IMG/VR virus record: IMGVR_UViG_3300021375_000014
Location: 1-64,000 of that record
Source: a virus
Strand: one strand, 5' to 3'
Length of the DNA stretch: 64,000 nucleotides
A program made the position numbers and the translations under genes. This document shows, one piece after another, positions 46,749 to 57,900 of the stretch (its first letter is position 1; every line of letters begins with the position of its first letter). The notes below the pieces were generated by a model, which ran no database searches, was not told the DNA's origin, and saw nothing but the letters and a program-made list of their open reading frames with translations.

Positions 46749-47092
46749 TATATTTCTAATGCTATTTCAATTTTTGATGAACTACGCAACTGTTCATACT
46801 GCATATAAAAATCATTCACAACTTCAAAATATTTACAAGAGACAGTTTCTAATAGTTCGACAATATCATTTATTCTAATAGGCAAATTATTTCTATCTAG
46901 AATGACAATGGTTTTCTTATTATTTTGTACAGCATAATTCAAGAATCCAATAAATTCTTGAGTTATATCAAACGATCCACCATTTTCATGATGTATTAGA
47001 GCAGTTGAAACTTTATCTTGCATAATCTTTTTATTAAGATTAAATGTACACAATGTGTTTCTATAGGATAAAATATCTTGTAAATCTTCCAT
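46748..47092 (-). CDS. hypothetical phage protein
   Basis: Likely start MEDLQ at 47092, because a promoter lies within the longer ORF; NGGSF, ILDRNNLPI. Confidence 0.7.
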   Translation of the reverse strand: MEDLQDILSYRNTLCTFNLNKKIMQDKVSTALIHHENGGSFDITQEFIGFLNYAVQNNKKTIVILDRNNLPIRINDIVELLETVSCKYFEVVNDFYMQYEQLRSSSKIEIALEI

Positions 47093-47123
47093 TATAATAA
47101 TTCCACTAATATTAATCTCTTCT

Positions 47124-47152
47124 ACTATATCATAGCAAGACCAATATGTCAA
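47124..47152 (-). promoter_or_regulatory. sigma70-type promoter at the head of the modification cluster
   Basis: Minus strand TTGACA(47152-47147)-N17-TATAGT(47129-47124) with extended TG. Confidence 0.75.
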
Positions 47153-47172
47153 CATAAATTATTAATAATTTA

Positions 47173-48216
47173 TTAATCTGATATTTCTGAAATATCAGAT
47201 ATTATATTATAAATTGGCATTTCAGTGATAACGCCAAGACTACTACTATCAGAATCATCAGCACGTTTCTGTGATAATTTAATTGATAAATCTCCAATAA
47301 CATAATCTCCATTTGTAGTTCCAATTGGATCTGTTGGCAATACACCATCACCACAGTAATAACCGCCATAGCTAAGTTCGGTTGAAGTGTCACAATTTGT
47401 CATTGTTACATTAATTTCTATATTAGCATCGCCAGAAAGTTTAGCGTAAACAGTTACTGAATTTCCATTAAAACTTGGATTTTCTAACGCAGAATACACA
47501 CGATTATAAATCTGTTGCCAGTCTGCAGTTAGACTTGTAAATCCAGGTCCAGACGTGCCAATTCCAGTTGATGAAACGGTTTGGGAATGTCCAATAATTA
47601 TAACACCGATTGAATCAAATAGATTACTCCATGCGATACTAGGAATATATAATGGAGCACTATCTATTAATAAGTCGGCAGTAATTCTAATATCGCCGCC
47701 AGCATTAAAGTGCCACCGTCTTGCATCTTCACTTGCAAATTTAGTATTAAATATTATATTCTTACCTATATTCGAAGTTTTCCATAACTCATCTGGATCA
47801 TTTGTTTCTAAATTATCAACATATGTTTGCTGCACACTAGAAACATTGTTTTGAACTGACATTTTTCCTAAATTAGAAGTTAATTTATTTGTTCTAATAG
47901 ATTCTATATCTGTACGAATCGTATCGATATGATATATTATATCATCTAAAGAATCAAAATCGCCTTCGAATATATTACTAAGCGTAGTGAGTGTTGTTCC
48001 TTGATGCGATGCAGAAAAAGTCATTGCATAAAAAAGTTCCATCCAGTTCTTTTTAAGTAATCTCTGCCCTTTATTAACATGATTAACAAAAAGTTGGTCT
48101 TGTCCATATCCAGAATCACCTGCGCCTATACCAACAATTTCATTTATATCGTTTGCTAATAAATTAAAATCATCAGATGTGAATTGACTACTTATGGGAT
48201 AACTTTGCGGGGACAT
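47173..48216 (-). CDS. virion structural protein (tail/baseplate-associated)
   Basis: SGYGQ and RRWHFNAGGDIRI motifs, Ser/Thr/Gly-rich; AAGGAG RBS; downstream of baseplate genes. Confidence 0.6.
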   Translation of the reverse strand: MSPQSYPISSQFTSDDFNLLANDINEIVGIGAGDSGYGQDQLFVNHVNKGQRLLKKNWMELFYAMTFSASHQGTTLTTLSNIFEGDFDSLDDIIYHIDTIRTDIESIRTNKLTSNLGKMSVQNNVSSVQQTYVDNLETNDPDELWKTSNIGKNIIFNTKFASEDARRWHFNAGGDIRITADLLIDSAPLYIPSIAWSNLFDSIGVIIIGHSQTVSSTGIGTSGPGFTSLTADWQQIYNRVYSALENPSFNGNSVTVYAKLSGDANIEINVTMTNCDTSTELSYGGYYCGDGVLPTDPIGTTNGDYVIGDLSIKLSQKRADDSDSSSLGVITEMPIYNIISDISEISD

Positions 48217-48226
48217 TCACCACTCC

Positions 48227-48901
48227 TTAATTTACTTGAATCGTTATGGTATAGTCAATAATAATTGTTCTATTTGCTGACAACAATACCGGATGGAATG
48301 TGACATGAGTCAACATTGTTGTTTTTGATTCATCCATGTCGCCATTAGTAGTTACTCCAGCCATTAGTCCTATTTCATCAATTGTAAACGCATTCACACT
48401 TAGTGTATCTGGCGAACTATCTGTTTCTGGTAAATTTAAACTGGGATCAACTATTTTAACTGCATCTTCATATGCGGTGTGGTTAACTTCAACAGAACAT
48501 ACAATCTTAGCAGTATTTGCGGGAACGGATTCATTACTATCCATCTCCTCACCTGCATAATAAACTGTATTAACTGTCTCCTGTTCATACACCTTTGCAT
48601 AAAGCGTTGAATTACTTGCAGTTATGGGAAGTTGATCATAATTTCCAAAAACTCTAGGTGCACGATATTCTAATGTAGTGGTAGAGTTACTACCACCATT
48701 GCCGAAAGCCATCCAATTAACTATGGGAGGCGCGCCAGCAGAGTTAACGCTTGTAGGTTTACCTGCTAGTGCGGATGCAAGAACATAAGCCATATTACCT
48801 GGATGTATCGCATTCTTTTTTTCCAAGAGTACCTTTCCAGTATCTTTATCATATATTTTAACTTTACCAACTATCTGGGATGTCACTTCATCATTAAACA
48901 T
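48227..48901 (-). CDS. virion structural protein (baseplate/tail-collar-like)
   Basis: KKNAIH, MAFGNGG, FTIDEIGL, LTHVTFHPV..SANR. Confidence 0.65.
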   Translation of the reverse strand: MFNDEVTSQIVGKVKIYDKDTGKVLLEKKNAIHPGNMAYVLASALAGKPTSVNSAGAPPIVNWMAFGNGGSNSTTTLEYRAPRVFGNYDQLPITASNSTLYAKVYEQETVNTVYYAGEEMDSNESVPANTAKIVCSVEVNHTAYEDAVKIVDPSLNLPETDSSPDTLSVNAFTIDEIGLMAGVTTNGDMDESKTTMLTHVTFHPVLLSANRTIIIDYTITIQVN

Positions 48902-48937
48902 TTCGGTCTCTCTTCTTTGTTATATCAGAACTTAAAG

Positions 48938-48945
48938 TATTTATC
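48938..48945 (-). promoter_or_regulatory. putative late promoter GATAAATA
   Basis: ATGATAAATACT on the minus strand, identical 12-mer to the site at 62991-63002. Confidence 0.65.
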
Positions 48946-48963
48946 ATTTTAGTTATATACATA

Positions 48964-51900
48964 TTATATTATGTGCTTATCTACTTGTTCTGCCATAAAC
49001 TGTATTGTTTCGATGTTTGATACTATATGTACAGTATCACCAACTTGAATATCTAGGCATGTGCCGTTAAATAATCCACGTTCATTAATTTGTAATACGC
49101 TTCCATCTTTTTTATTATAGTGCATAAACTCTAATTTATTTTCGGCATTTTCAACTATTATTAGATAAACAGTGTTTGCAATTGCGTGTTTAAACTTTGT
49201 TTCATCTGCAATCTCGATATTTCTATAACCGTGGTCATTTGTTACTGCTACTACTGTATCGGTATCAATACTATGCATAAAGTGTCCACGTCCAAGTCTA
49301 TCATACACTATAAATGAACGCTTGTCAATTACTGCAGTACCAATACCGCCCACAATACTTGAATCATATTCATCCACTCTTACAATTGCAGACTCTAAAA
49401 TTCTACTATCTACTAGTCCAGTATCTATACCACCTTTCGTCGCAGTAACTTCGTATGGATGACGTAATAATGCACCTTGCTCGTAGCTACCATCTGCTAT
49501 ATTTGGATGGTCATCATCTGGTGCAATACCACCATCATATGTATTATAATCGTACCTACTATAATCGCCACCCAAATCAATTTTTAAATTCATATGATGT
49601 GAACTATCTACATCAGCATTAACAGTTTCACTTAGCGGATAAATTCTGTCAGTGTTTCTAAGTTTAACATGATATGGTTTTGCTTCCAATACATACTCAA
49701 TTGTATCATCAAATGTATCGTTCTGATATATTGCATATTGTCTTAATGGTTTGTTCATTAAGATTAAGTCAATATAACTCGTTTTGAACAACCACTCAGG
49801 ATGTTCTCTTTCAGTATACATGTATGATAACATATCAAAAAATAAATCTTTAATAACTTTATTTTCTGAATAAGAATAAAGCATATTAATAAATTCGTGC
49901 ACTTGTACATTAATAACATTAGTGTAATATTGTGAAATAGTATTAGCATTTCCTGTCTGACCAGGTATTGCAATATTATTAAAATCTATATTAAGCGCAC
50001 CGTTAATCTTGTTAACCATAGTGATTTCTTCAGGTGAACCATAACCAAAGTAAACTTCTTCATACTCAGGATTTACTACACCAAAAGAACGTATACCAGA
50101 ATTAAACATACTAATCATATCAATATCTCGGGTATTACTCAGATATTCAAATTGAGTTATTTCTTTGTAATCTGGATGTTTATACCAATCAATTGAATTG
50201 AAAATGTAGTGGTTTAATTTAATGTAATCTTTGTAAAATGGATATTCGGTTTCTATTAACACAGTGCCTAACATCGTGTTTACAACTGTTGAAAAATTAT
50301 TTCTAGCATTTGTCAGGTTTTTATACCAAGAGTTGGAGATTGCGCCGACTTGATAAACTCTGACAACATCACCTACTATAACATTGAATGTGTTATTAAT
50401 TCTTAATTCGGTGCCATTTAAGTTAAAGTTTGTAAGTTCTAAGAACTCATTATTAACTGAAATTGCAAGATTTTCGGGCGACAAGTCAAGCAAGAAATCA
50501 ATTGAAAGTAATGCGCCATCATTGTCTAAATTTGGGTAATCGATTATAATTTGTTTTAAATTTTCAATTTTAGAATCTGCAATACTATTTTTAAAATCTT
50601 CTAAATATTTGGACATTATAGGCTTTGTAGATTCTCTTGATAATAGTTCCCAGTCATCGTGCCTGCCTTGATTATTAGATGCAATGCTATATTCAGTTGT
50701 CACTGTTATTGTACTATTTAATGACCGAGAGTTATAATTTAAGATTATAGTATTATTATCAATTGGTATAAATTTATGTTTAATTTGTCCAGTCTCAATA
50801 ATCATTTTAATTTCATCAGTACTATATTCTTTTTCGTATCTAGGCAATGTACCAATTGAAGTCCAATAATAATATGTTGTTACTTCTTTATTCTTAACTG
50901 GATCCCATTCTTTTTCTTGATTGAACCAAGTAATACCAACAGGAAGTACATTGTTCTTAACCCATTGCTTGATCTCTACTACCGAACCGTCAACAATTTT
51001 ACCCCAGTTACGCATTGCATACTCAACCGAGATATTGCCATTGGCATCACCATAATCATTGTATCTATAAAAACGTGTGCTAGTAGTATCCCACCAAATT
51101 TCACCTAAATGTTCTTCTAACCACAAATCGTTACTTAGATATTCATCATACTTAGCAGGATCATTCCAATCTACATAATCAATATCTTTCATGACTTTGC
51201 CAGGTAATTTTAAGTTTAGCGGATCATACAATGTATGAATTATATGTTCTTCTCCATCTGTTACGATAACTCTGTTAACATTGCTAACATCTACTTCATT
51301 TGCTTTTCTATTAACAATTTCAATATTACCAATCGCGGTTCTATTCAGTACTGCCCAATCGTTTAGACCGGGATATGAGTCTGCCCATATTTTACTAGCA
51401 GTATTTAATCCTAAATCATTATAGAATTCATCAAATGTCGCACCATTATATCCTGGAGTAAATCTAACTGATTTCCATCTCATAACTTTAAAGTTTGCAT
51501 TACTGGTAACACTGGTATATTCTGTGTAAAACCCTATCTTGTCTAACAAATTTTGAGAAGTGCCAGCAAAAGATAATTGTAATGCCGGACTTGTTATAAT
51601 GAAACGTCCATCAGATGATATACTTGCTGTTAACGTAGATGATTGTTGATTAATTATATCTCTAAATGTAAGAAGTGATGAATTTGCTAGACCCGAAGTT
51701 AAATATTCCCCTTCGGATATTCCTAAATCATCTAGTGGATTACCAGTTACATCAGAAATAATTACCTTAAATTCATCACCTGATATCAATAATCGATCAA
51801 CAAATGCTATACTAGCAACTAAATTAGTTTCAAGTGATAGTATAGAATTTATATCATCTACAATATTATCCAACATGTTAGAAGTTATCGTATTAGAAGT

Positions 51901-54900
51901 GAATCCTAGACGCACCATTGATCCATTATTCAAAGGATCAGATACCACCAACGTAGAACCTATAGAAATAATTTTTAATTTACCAGTTTCAACTGTTGCA
52001 TTAACATCTGGTATACTCAAGTCATTTATTTGCTGTGCAATACTTGCGGCAGTAGGCGGCAATTCGGATTGATATGTAGTACTAGGAAAACCAAACAAAC
52101 TAAATTCGTTTCCACCTAGTGTCATAGTAGGCAACAATGTGGATATAACCAATTTATCAACATTAATGTTAGCAGTAACATCATCCTGTAAATTTATCTG
52201 TTCTGCCAAATTACCTAATTTAGTTTCTGTATATGGCGTTGCAGTAATTAAACCTAACTCGATTGCTGCTTGTCCTTGAATTGTCACCGAAGGTGCAGAC
52301 GAAGTTAAAACTAATACGTTTCCAATATCTTGTGCACTCACATCTGCAGATGCTATATTAATAGTATCTACTATATCAGTTAATGTTATAGTAGTACCAC
52401 TGTAAACAAATGCTATTGTTTGTCCGTTAATTTGAATAGATTTAGTTTCATCAAAAGTTGGTGACACAACTGTACCCGTTACTGTAATATCCTGTATTAC
52501 ATAACTTGATGATGCAGCACTGCCTACCTGTACAGACAATTCAGAACCTGAACTTATGTTATCTTCTGTAGTAAGTGTTGATGTTGCTTCAATCGTACCA
52601 TTATCTGTTGCTTCCACAACAAGGGCAACATCATTAATAGTAATGCTATCGCCGTCATTTGAGGTGACGTTATTAGTTGCGTGGATGCTGTTTCCAGAAA
52701 ATGTTATTAATGTGTTTGTATTTTTTATAATATCATTTTGATCATAAACAATTATAGATATCTGCTCTCCCGATGTTACGATTGGATTAGATGTAGCATC
52801 TGCACCGCCAATTGTTATATCAGTAGTAGAAATCGTATCTTCTATATATGTATAACTATTACCATCAATAACTAAAACTTCACCTTCAATAATCTGTACA
52901 TTTGAATTCAGACTGATTGCTTCAACGCCAGCATTTTCACTGGTAGGTACAAATATACTATTCTGGGAACTTGCGTCGATTTCAACTGTAACCGGTTCAA
53001 AATCAGTATCAAATACCAGATATTTGTAAACAGTTATACCGTCGAATGATTCAGTGCCATCGTCTACAATGTTATAATATCCGTTTAATTCTGGATCAAT
53101 TTCTTCATTAATTATTCGCAAATAAACTGTTTCTGTAGTATCAATAGACGAAGTGACAACAATGTATAATTGAGAATCCTCTGTTTCACCGATATAAGAT
53201 ATTTCAGATACTTCACTGAGTTTTCTTACATCCCAATCTCTAAGATTATCGAATTGTATCCAAGCCAAATCACCTTCATAATAATTTTCACTTACCGTTG
53301 TTTCTAATATTGTTGAGTTTCTAACAATATAATTCACATCTTTGCTATCTACGTATCCTGTCGTTTTTATAGGTGTAGTTCTTCTAGTTGTTTTGTATTC
53401 AAATAAATTTTGATTATCATATGTAATAGAGAACGGATCACGGTATATCAACGCAGTATTAATATTTTTACTAACCGATGCATTTCTATTTAAGTTTCCA
53501 TACTCGCCTAATTTAAATGCCCATACGTCATTTGAACTTACCTCACTGAAATTAGAATTGGTATTAACAATTTTATTTAAACTACCAGGCGTTCCTTTAT
53601 CACTGATAAAACCTTTATAAAATTCTAATTGAGATTCGCGTTCCATTAAATGATTTGACAGATATGCTCGTGGCGTAAATCCTATATGACTTGCTTTAAT
53701 GAGATTAACGTTTGATAAACTTTGGTCTACAATCGTGTCTCTGTGGAACTTGGTATCCGCTACCATGGTCTCAAAATTTGGTATTAATGTGTTTTGATAA
53801 ACTATATAACCGTCAGTACTTAGTGTTCCATCCCAGTCGCTAGTTCTGTTACAATCAATAATCATGCGCAAGTTTCTATTGTGTGAGATTGGATCATATA
53901 TTATATCTCCATAGTTGTCAACACGATCAACAACGTAGGCGTGTTCAACATCAACAATATCAATTTTCATTCCATAAACTGGAATTGTCGATTCCCACAT
54001 TATAGCATCGCCATCGGAATAGAATGTTATTGCTGTATTAGATATTTGTCTACCAGCACTATCAAGTACTCTATAGAAATTCTTATTTGTTTCACGCTGT
54101 ACACTTGCAACACCGTATGGTGCAGAGAAACGACCAGACAATAATATTGGAGTTAGAGTAATAAATTCACCTACATCATGATTTTCTGCACTCCAATCTA
54201 GAAATTTAACTAATAAGTTTTCAAAATCTACATTTTCGCCCAACTCATTTGTATCTGTGAAACTCCAACCCACCGCATTTAAATAATCTTGATACCCAAT
54301 CAACAGTTGTGCAATTTCATCAAGTGAGTAAAGTACATCGCCATAATTGTGGGTACGAATTTGATCTGGTAATGTTTCCTTGTATCCGGTTGCAGTCACT
54401 TGATTGACTCTGGGCCATGATACCAACCGTTTCCAATAATCATCCAGGTCATCATTAAACGCTGCAGAACCGGTGTGATCCGAGAGAGAAATATAAGGTA
54501 CCCCATCATAAACAGTGTAAGAATCTAGCGTGTAAAATGAACCTGCTTGCCAATCATTAATGATTGCTTCATCTCCTAGTGTGCTCCACGATTTGGCCGG
54601 TGATGTGGTATCCCAGTTCATACTATAAAATTGTGGATTAAATTCATCATATCCATTAATTCTATATCCGTAATTTTTGACTTGTGGTTGAGATATCAAT
54701 GTCCACGCATTGTAATCAAAATTAATCACAGTAGATAATTCTTTATCTGTTGGTTGAACTATTTTTCTTTTATAATATCTATTATCAGAAGAATTATAAA
54801 CAACATCACCCTGACGATAAGATTGTATATCTGATAAACTATATATCGGATATGATACATCTAGCGATACTTTTTCTATTACAATAGCACTAAAACTCTC

Positions 54901-57900
54901 ACTGCGATTTGGTTCACCTGTATGGATGAACAAGTCATAGTTGTCTTTTGGTATTTCAGTATATCTAGAATTAGATAATGCTGAATTTTCACTGCTTAAT
55001 GTGAAGTTATTAACAAACCCACCTAACTTAGATCCTAATTTGAATTCATAACCGTTTTGTTCGTTTGTAATCGTATCAGTATTAATTCCTTCTACTTTGT
55101 GATATATTCTAATAATACCGTTTAATTCACTTGCATATAGATCAATAATTTCGAATGGCTTAGTAATCATTGACAATAAAAATTCAATGAACGGATATTC
55201 ACTGCTACGTCTCCACGCTTGTTCGATTGGCGAGCCGTCTCCGAATTCCCAGTCCTGATCCATCTTTGCAGTATCATCAGCCGATAATTGAGAATTGAAA
55301 AATAAATCATTGACATTTTTTAAATTACCAAAGTTGTCTATTGGAATTGGCCATGTTGTAGAATAAGTTGTTTTTAAATCATTCCAGAATTCTAGTTCAG
55401 TGTAACGTGCTGGATTAGTTTCAAAGCCATCGGGTATAGTACTATATCCAACCGTGACCCAGGGTTCTAATAATGGCATGTCTGTGCCGTAAGCATATTG
55501 GAATATACCTCTCCAATATCCAGGAGAAAGATCGTTGCTCACACGATAATTCCAAGTCTTATAGTCAACAACATCAAAATCAGTGTTATAAAGATTGTCG
55601 ATATTATTTCTCAGCATCCATTTCTTAAAAAATGGATACATTGTAAACTTCTTTTCATTTAATGAATATTCAGTAGTACTGTCTCTGTACATACCATATT
55701 TTGTATTACCGAGAGTTGTATTTTTAGTATTTTGTTCTATACGATTATAAACTAATTTCTCAAACAATAATAAAATAGAATCTGTTCTATCGCCCCAACA
55801 TAATGTTTTAGAGCCATCGTGTCCTACTATCATTGTTTGTGGGGTATTAAATTCTTGATCAATAATATATCTAGGCTTATAAACAGCAGATATACCAAGT
55901 TTTGCCGCGCTAGGTGGAATAAATGTTTCTTGTATTAATTTAAAATATCTAACTTCAATAACATCTCCATCTGAAATTACAGTATCACCAAATGAAATTT
56001 CAACACCGTTAATTAAATTAACATCAGTATTAAGTACTCCGTTGACATATACTGATATATTATTTTCGTCTACTATTTCAGTGGATATACTTGCAGGTAT
56101 AAATTGCGTTGTTGATCCTGGAACAACTGGATCAATGTTCGCAGTTATATAATGTGTTGGAAAACTACCATAATTTATCATACGACTACCAGTAAACACA
56201 CTAATGTTTTCTCTCTTGACTAGCGCAATTGCTGCAATTGCTTCTTCAAGAATAAAATCATCAGATTTAGATGTACTTGCAGCATCAGATAGAATATTCT
56301 GTATCGTTGTTATTAATTTATTTTTATAATTATTATACGACACTGAAAGATATTCAACCGCAGCAAATGGATTATAATCGTCCCGAGTTATTGAAAAATA
56401 AGCATTCTTAATATCAATACTATTGCGAACCATAACAGAGCCATACTTATTATTGCGCATTTTATCTGTGTTGTCGCCAATATTACGATAATTATTCACA
56501 GCATTTGGATTTCCTGTTAATCCTATTGTAGTTGATAACTGGCGCAACATATGTTCATAGACTGTAGAAAATGTAAAGTTTCTATTATTATGAAATAAAT
56601 TATCTGGATTATACTCAAGTGATGGATCAACACGTTGCCACGCTCCGTCTCCATCAACAAAAACATTATCTTTTGTCGTGAAATCAACATAAACATAACC
56701 TGTCACCGGCTCAGAAAATGAAATTCTATTAGAATCATAAACATAGTTGCCTATTTGTTTAATACCATCTACATATACATCTATTGTTTCAGAAGATTTT
56801 GGTTCTTGTAATAACTCCAACTGCGTGTGTGTTGCAGATCCATATTCATGTCGTAAATTTCTATAATCAAATTCTGATTTAATATAAAGTTGTTGATATG
56901 ATGTTCCAGATTTAAAACTGGTATTATCCGGCATATCAATATTAAATGTGAATTCACTGGCATAATCACCAGGTGTTAATAATGCACGAATTGATAAGAA
57001 CATATCTATAATACTATCTTCATCTTCTACATAATGAAATATCTTATAATCATTTAGATAATTTAATTCAGCATCATACATTTTAAATGTTGGTACAGAC
57101 CAGGCATCGGCTGCACTACTAATATCACTTAGTTCTAAATTCTTATCAAATTCAATAATTGGTCTTTTTGCTTGTTTAACATAAGGCAAACTATCATCAT
57201 TAATATACATACGAATGTCTTCATAATGATACCATGAATTTCTATCACTCCACCAATTTGTTTTGGTTGCTCTATCAGTATTTTTATCGATTGTTATATA
57301 ATGTGTGTCGTTACTATTTCCTAAATTAAATACAAATTCTTCACCGTCATATAATTCCCAATCAGGTGTACTAGACTGTGAATTGGCTCTGTATTCTATT
57401 AAACTTAGTAATCCGACTGATGTATCAGAAAATCTTAGTGCATAAGGATTAACATCAATATTCCATCTATCATAGATAGTGTCTTTAAGGACAAAAGTTT
57501 GATTATTTTTTAATAATGTAATACGTAGTTCATTTGTATTTACATATGTATCGCCTATGGTGGGCGATATAGGTCTTTGGTCTGTTGCATTAAATGCTGA
57601 AGCGCCGGGATCATCAGAACCAACACGTGCCCATCCTTCAATACTATCCTTTTTCCAATAAACTAGACTTGACTGTTGTATTACAATAGCATAATCACCA
57701 TCTTCACCAAACGAAGAATTAGGCAAATACTCGGCTAATAGATATTCAGAATTACTTTTCAGTACATATGGTTTTTGTTTTATCCAACCTGTTAGTCCTG
57801 CTTCATATTCTTTAAATTCATATAGAGCATATTCACTAGTAAATCCATTATCTATCCAATAATATAATTCCCAATTAATAAACTTATCAATGTCAACTGG

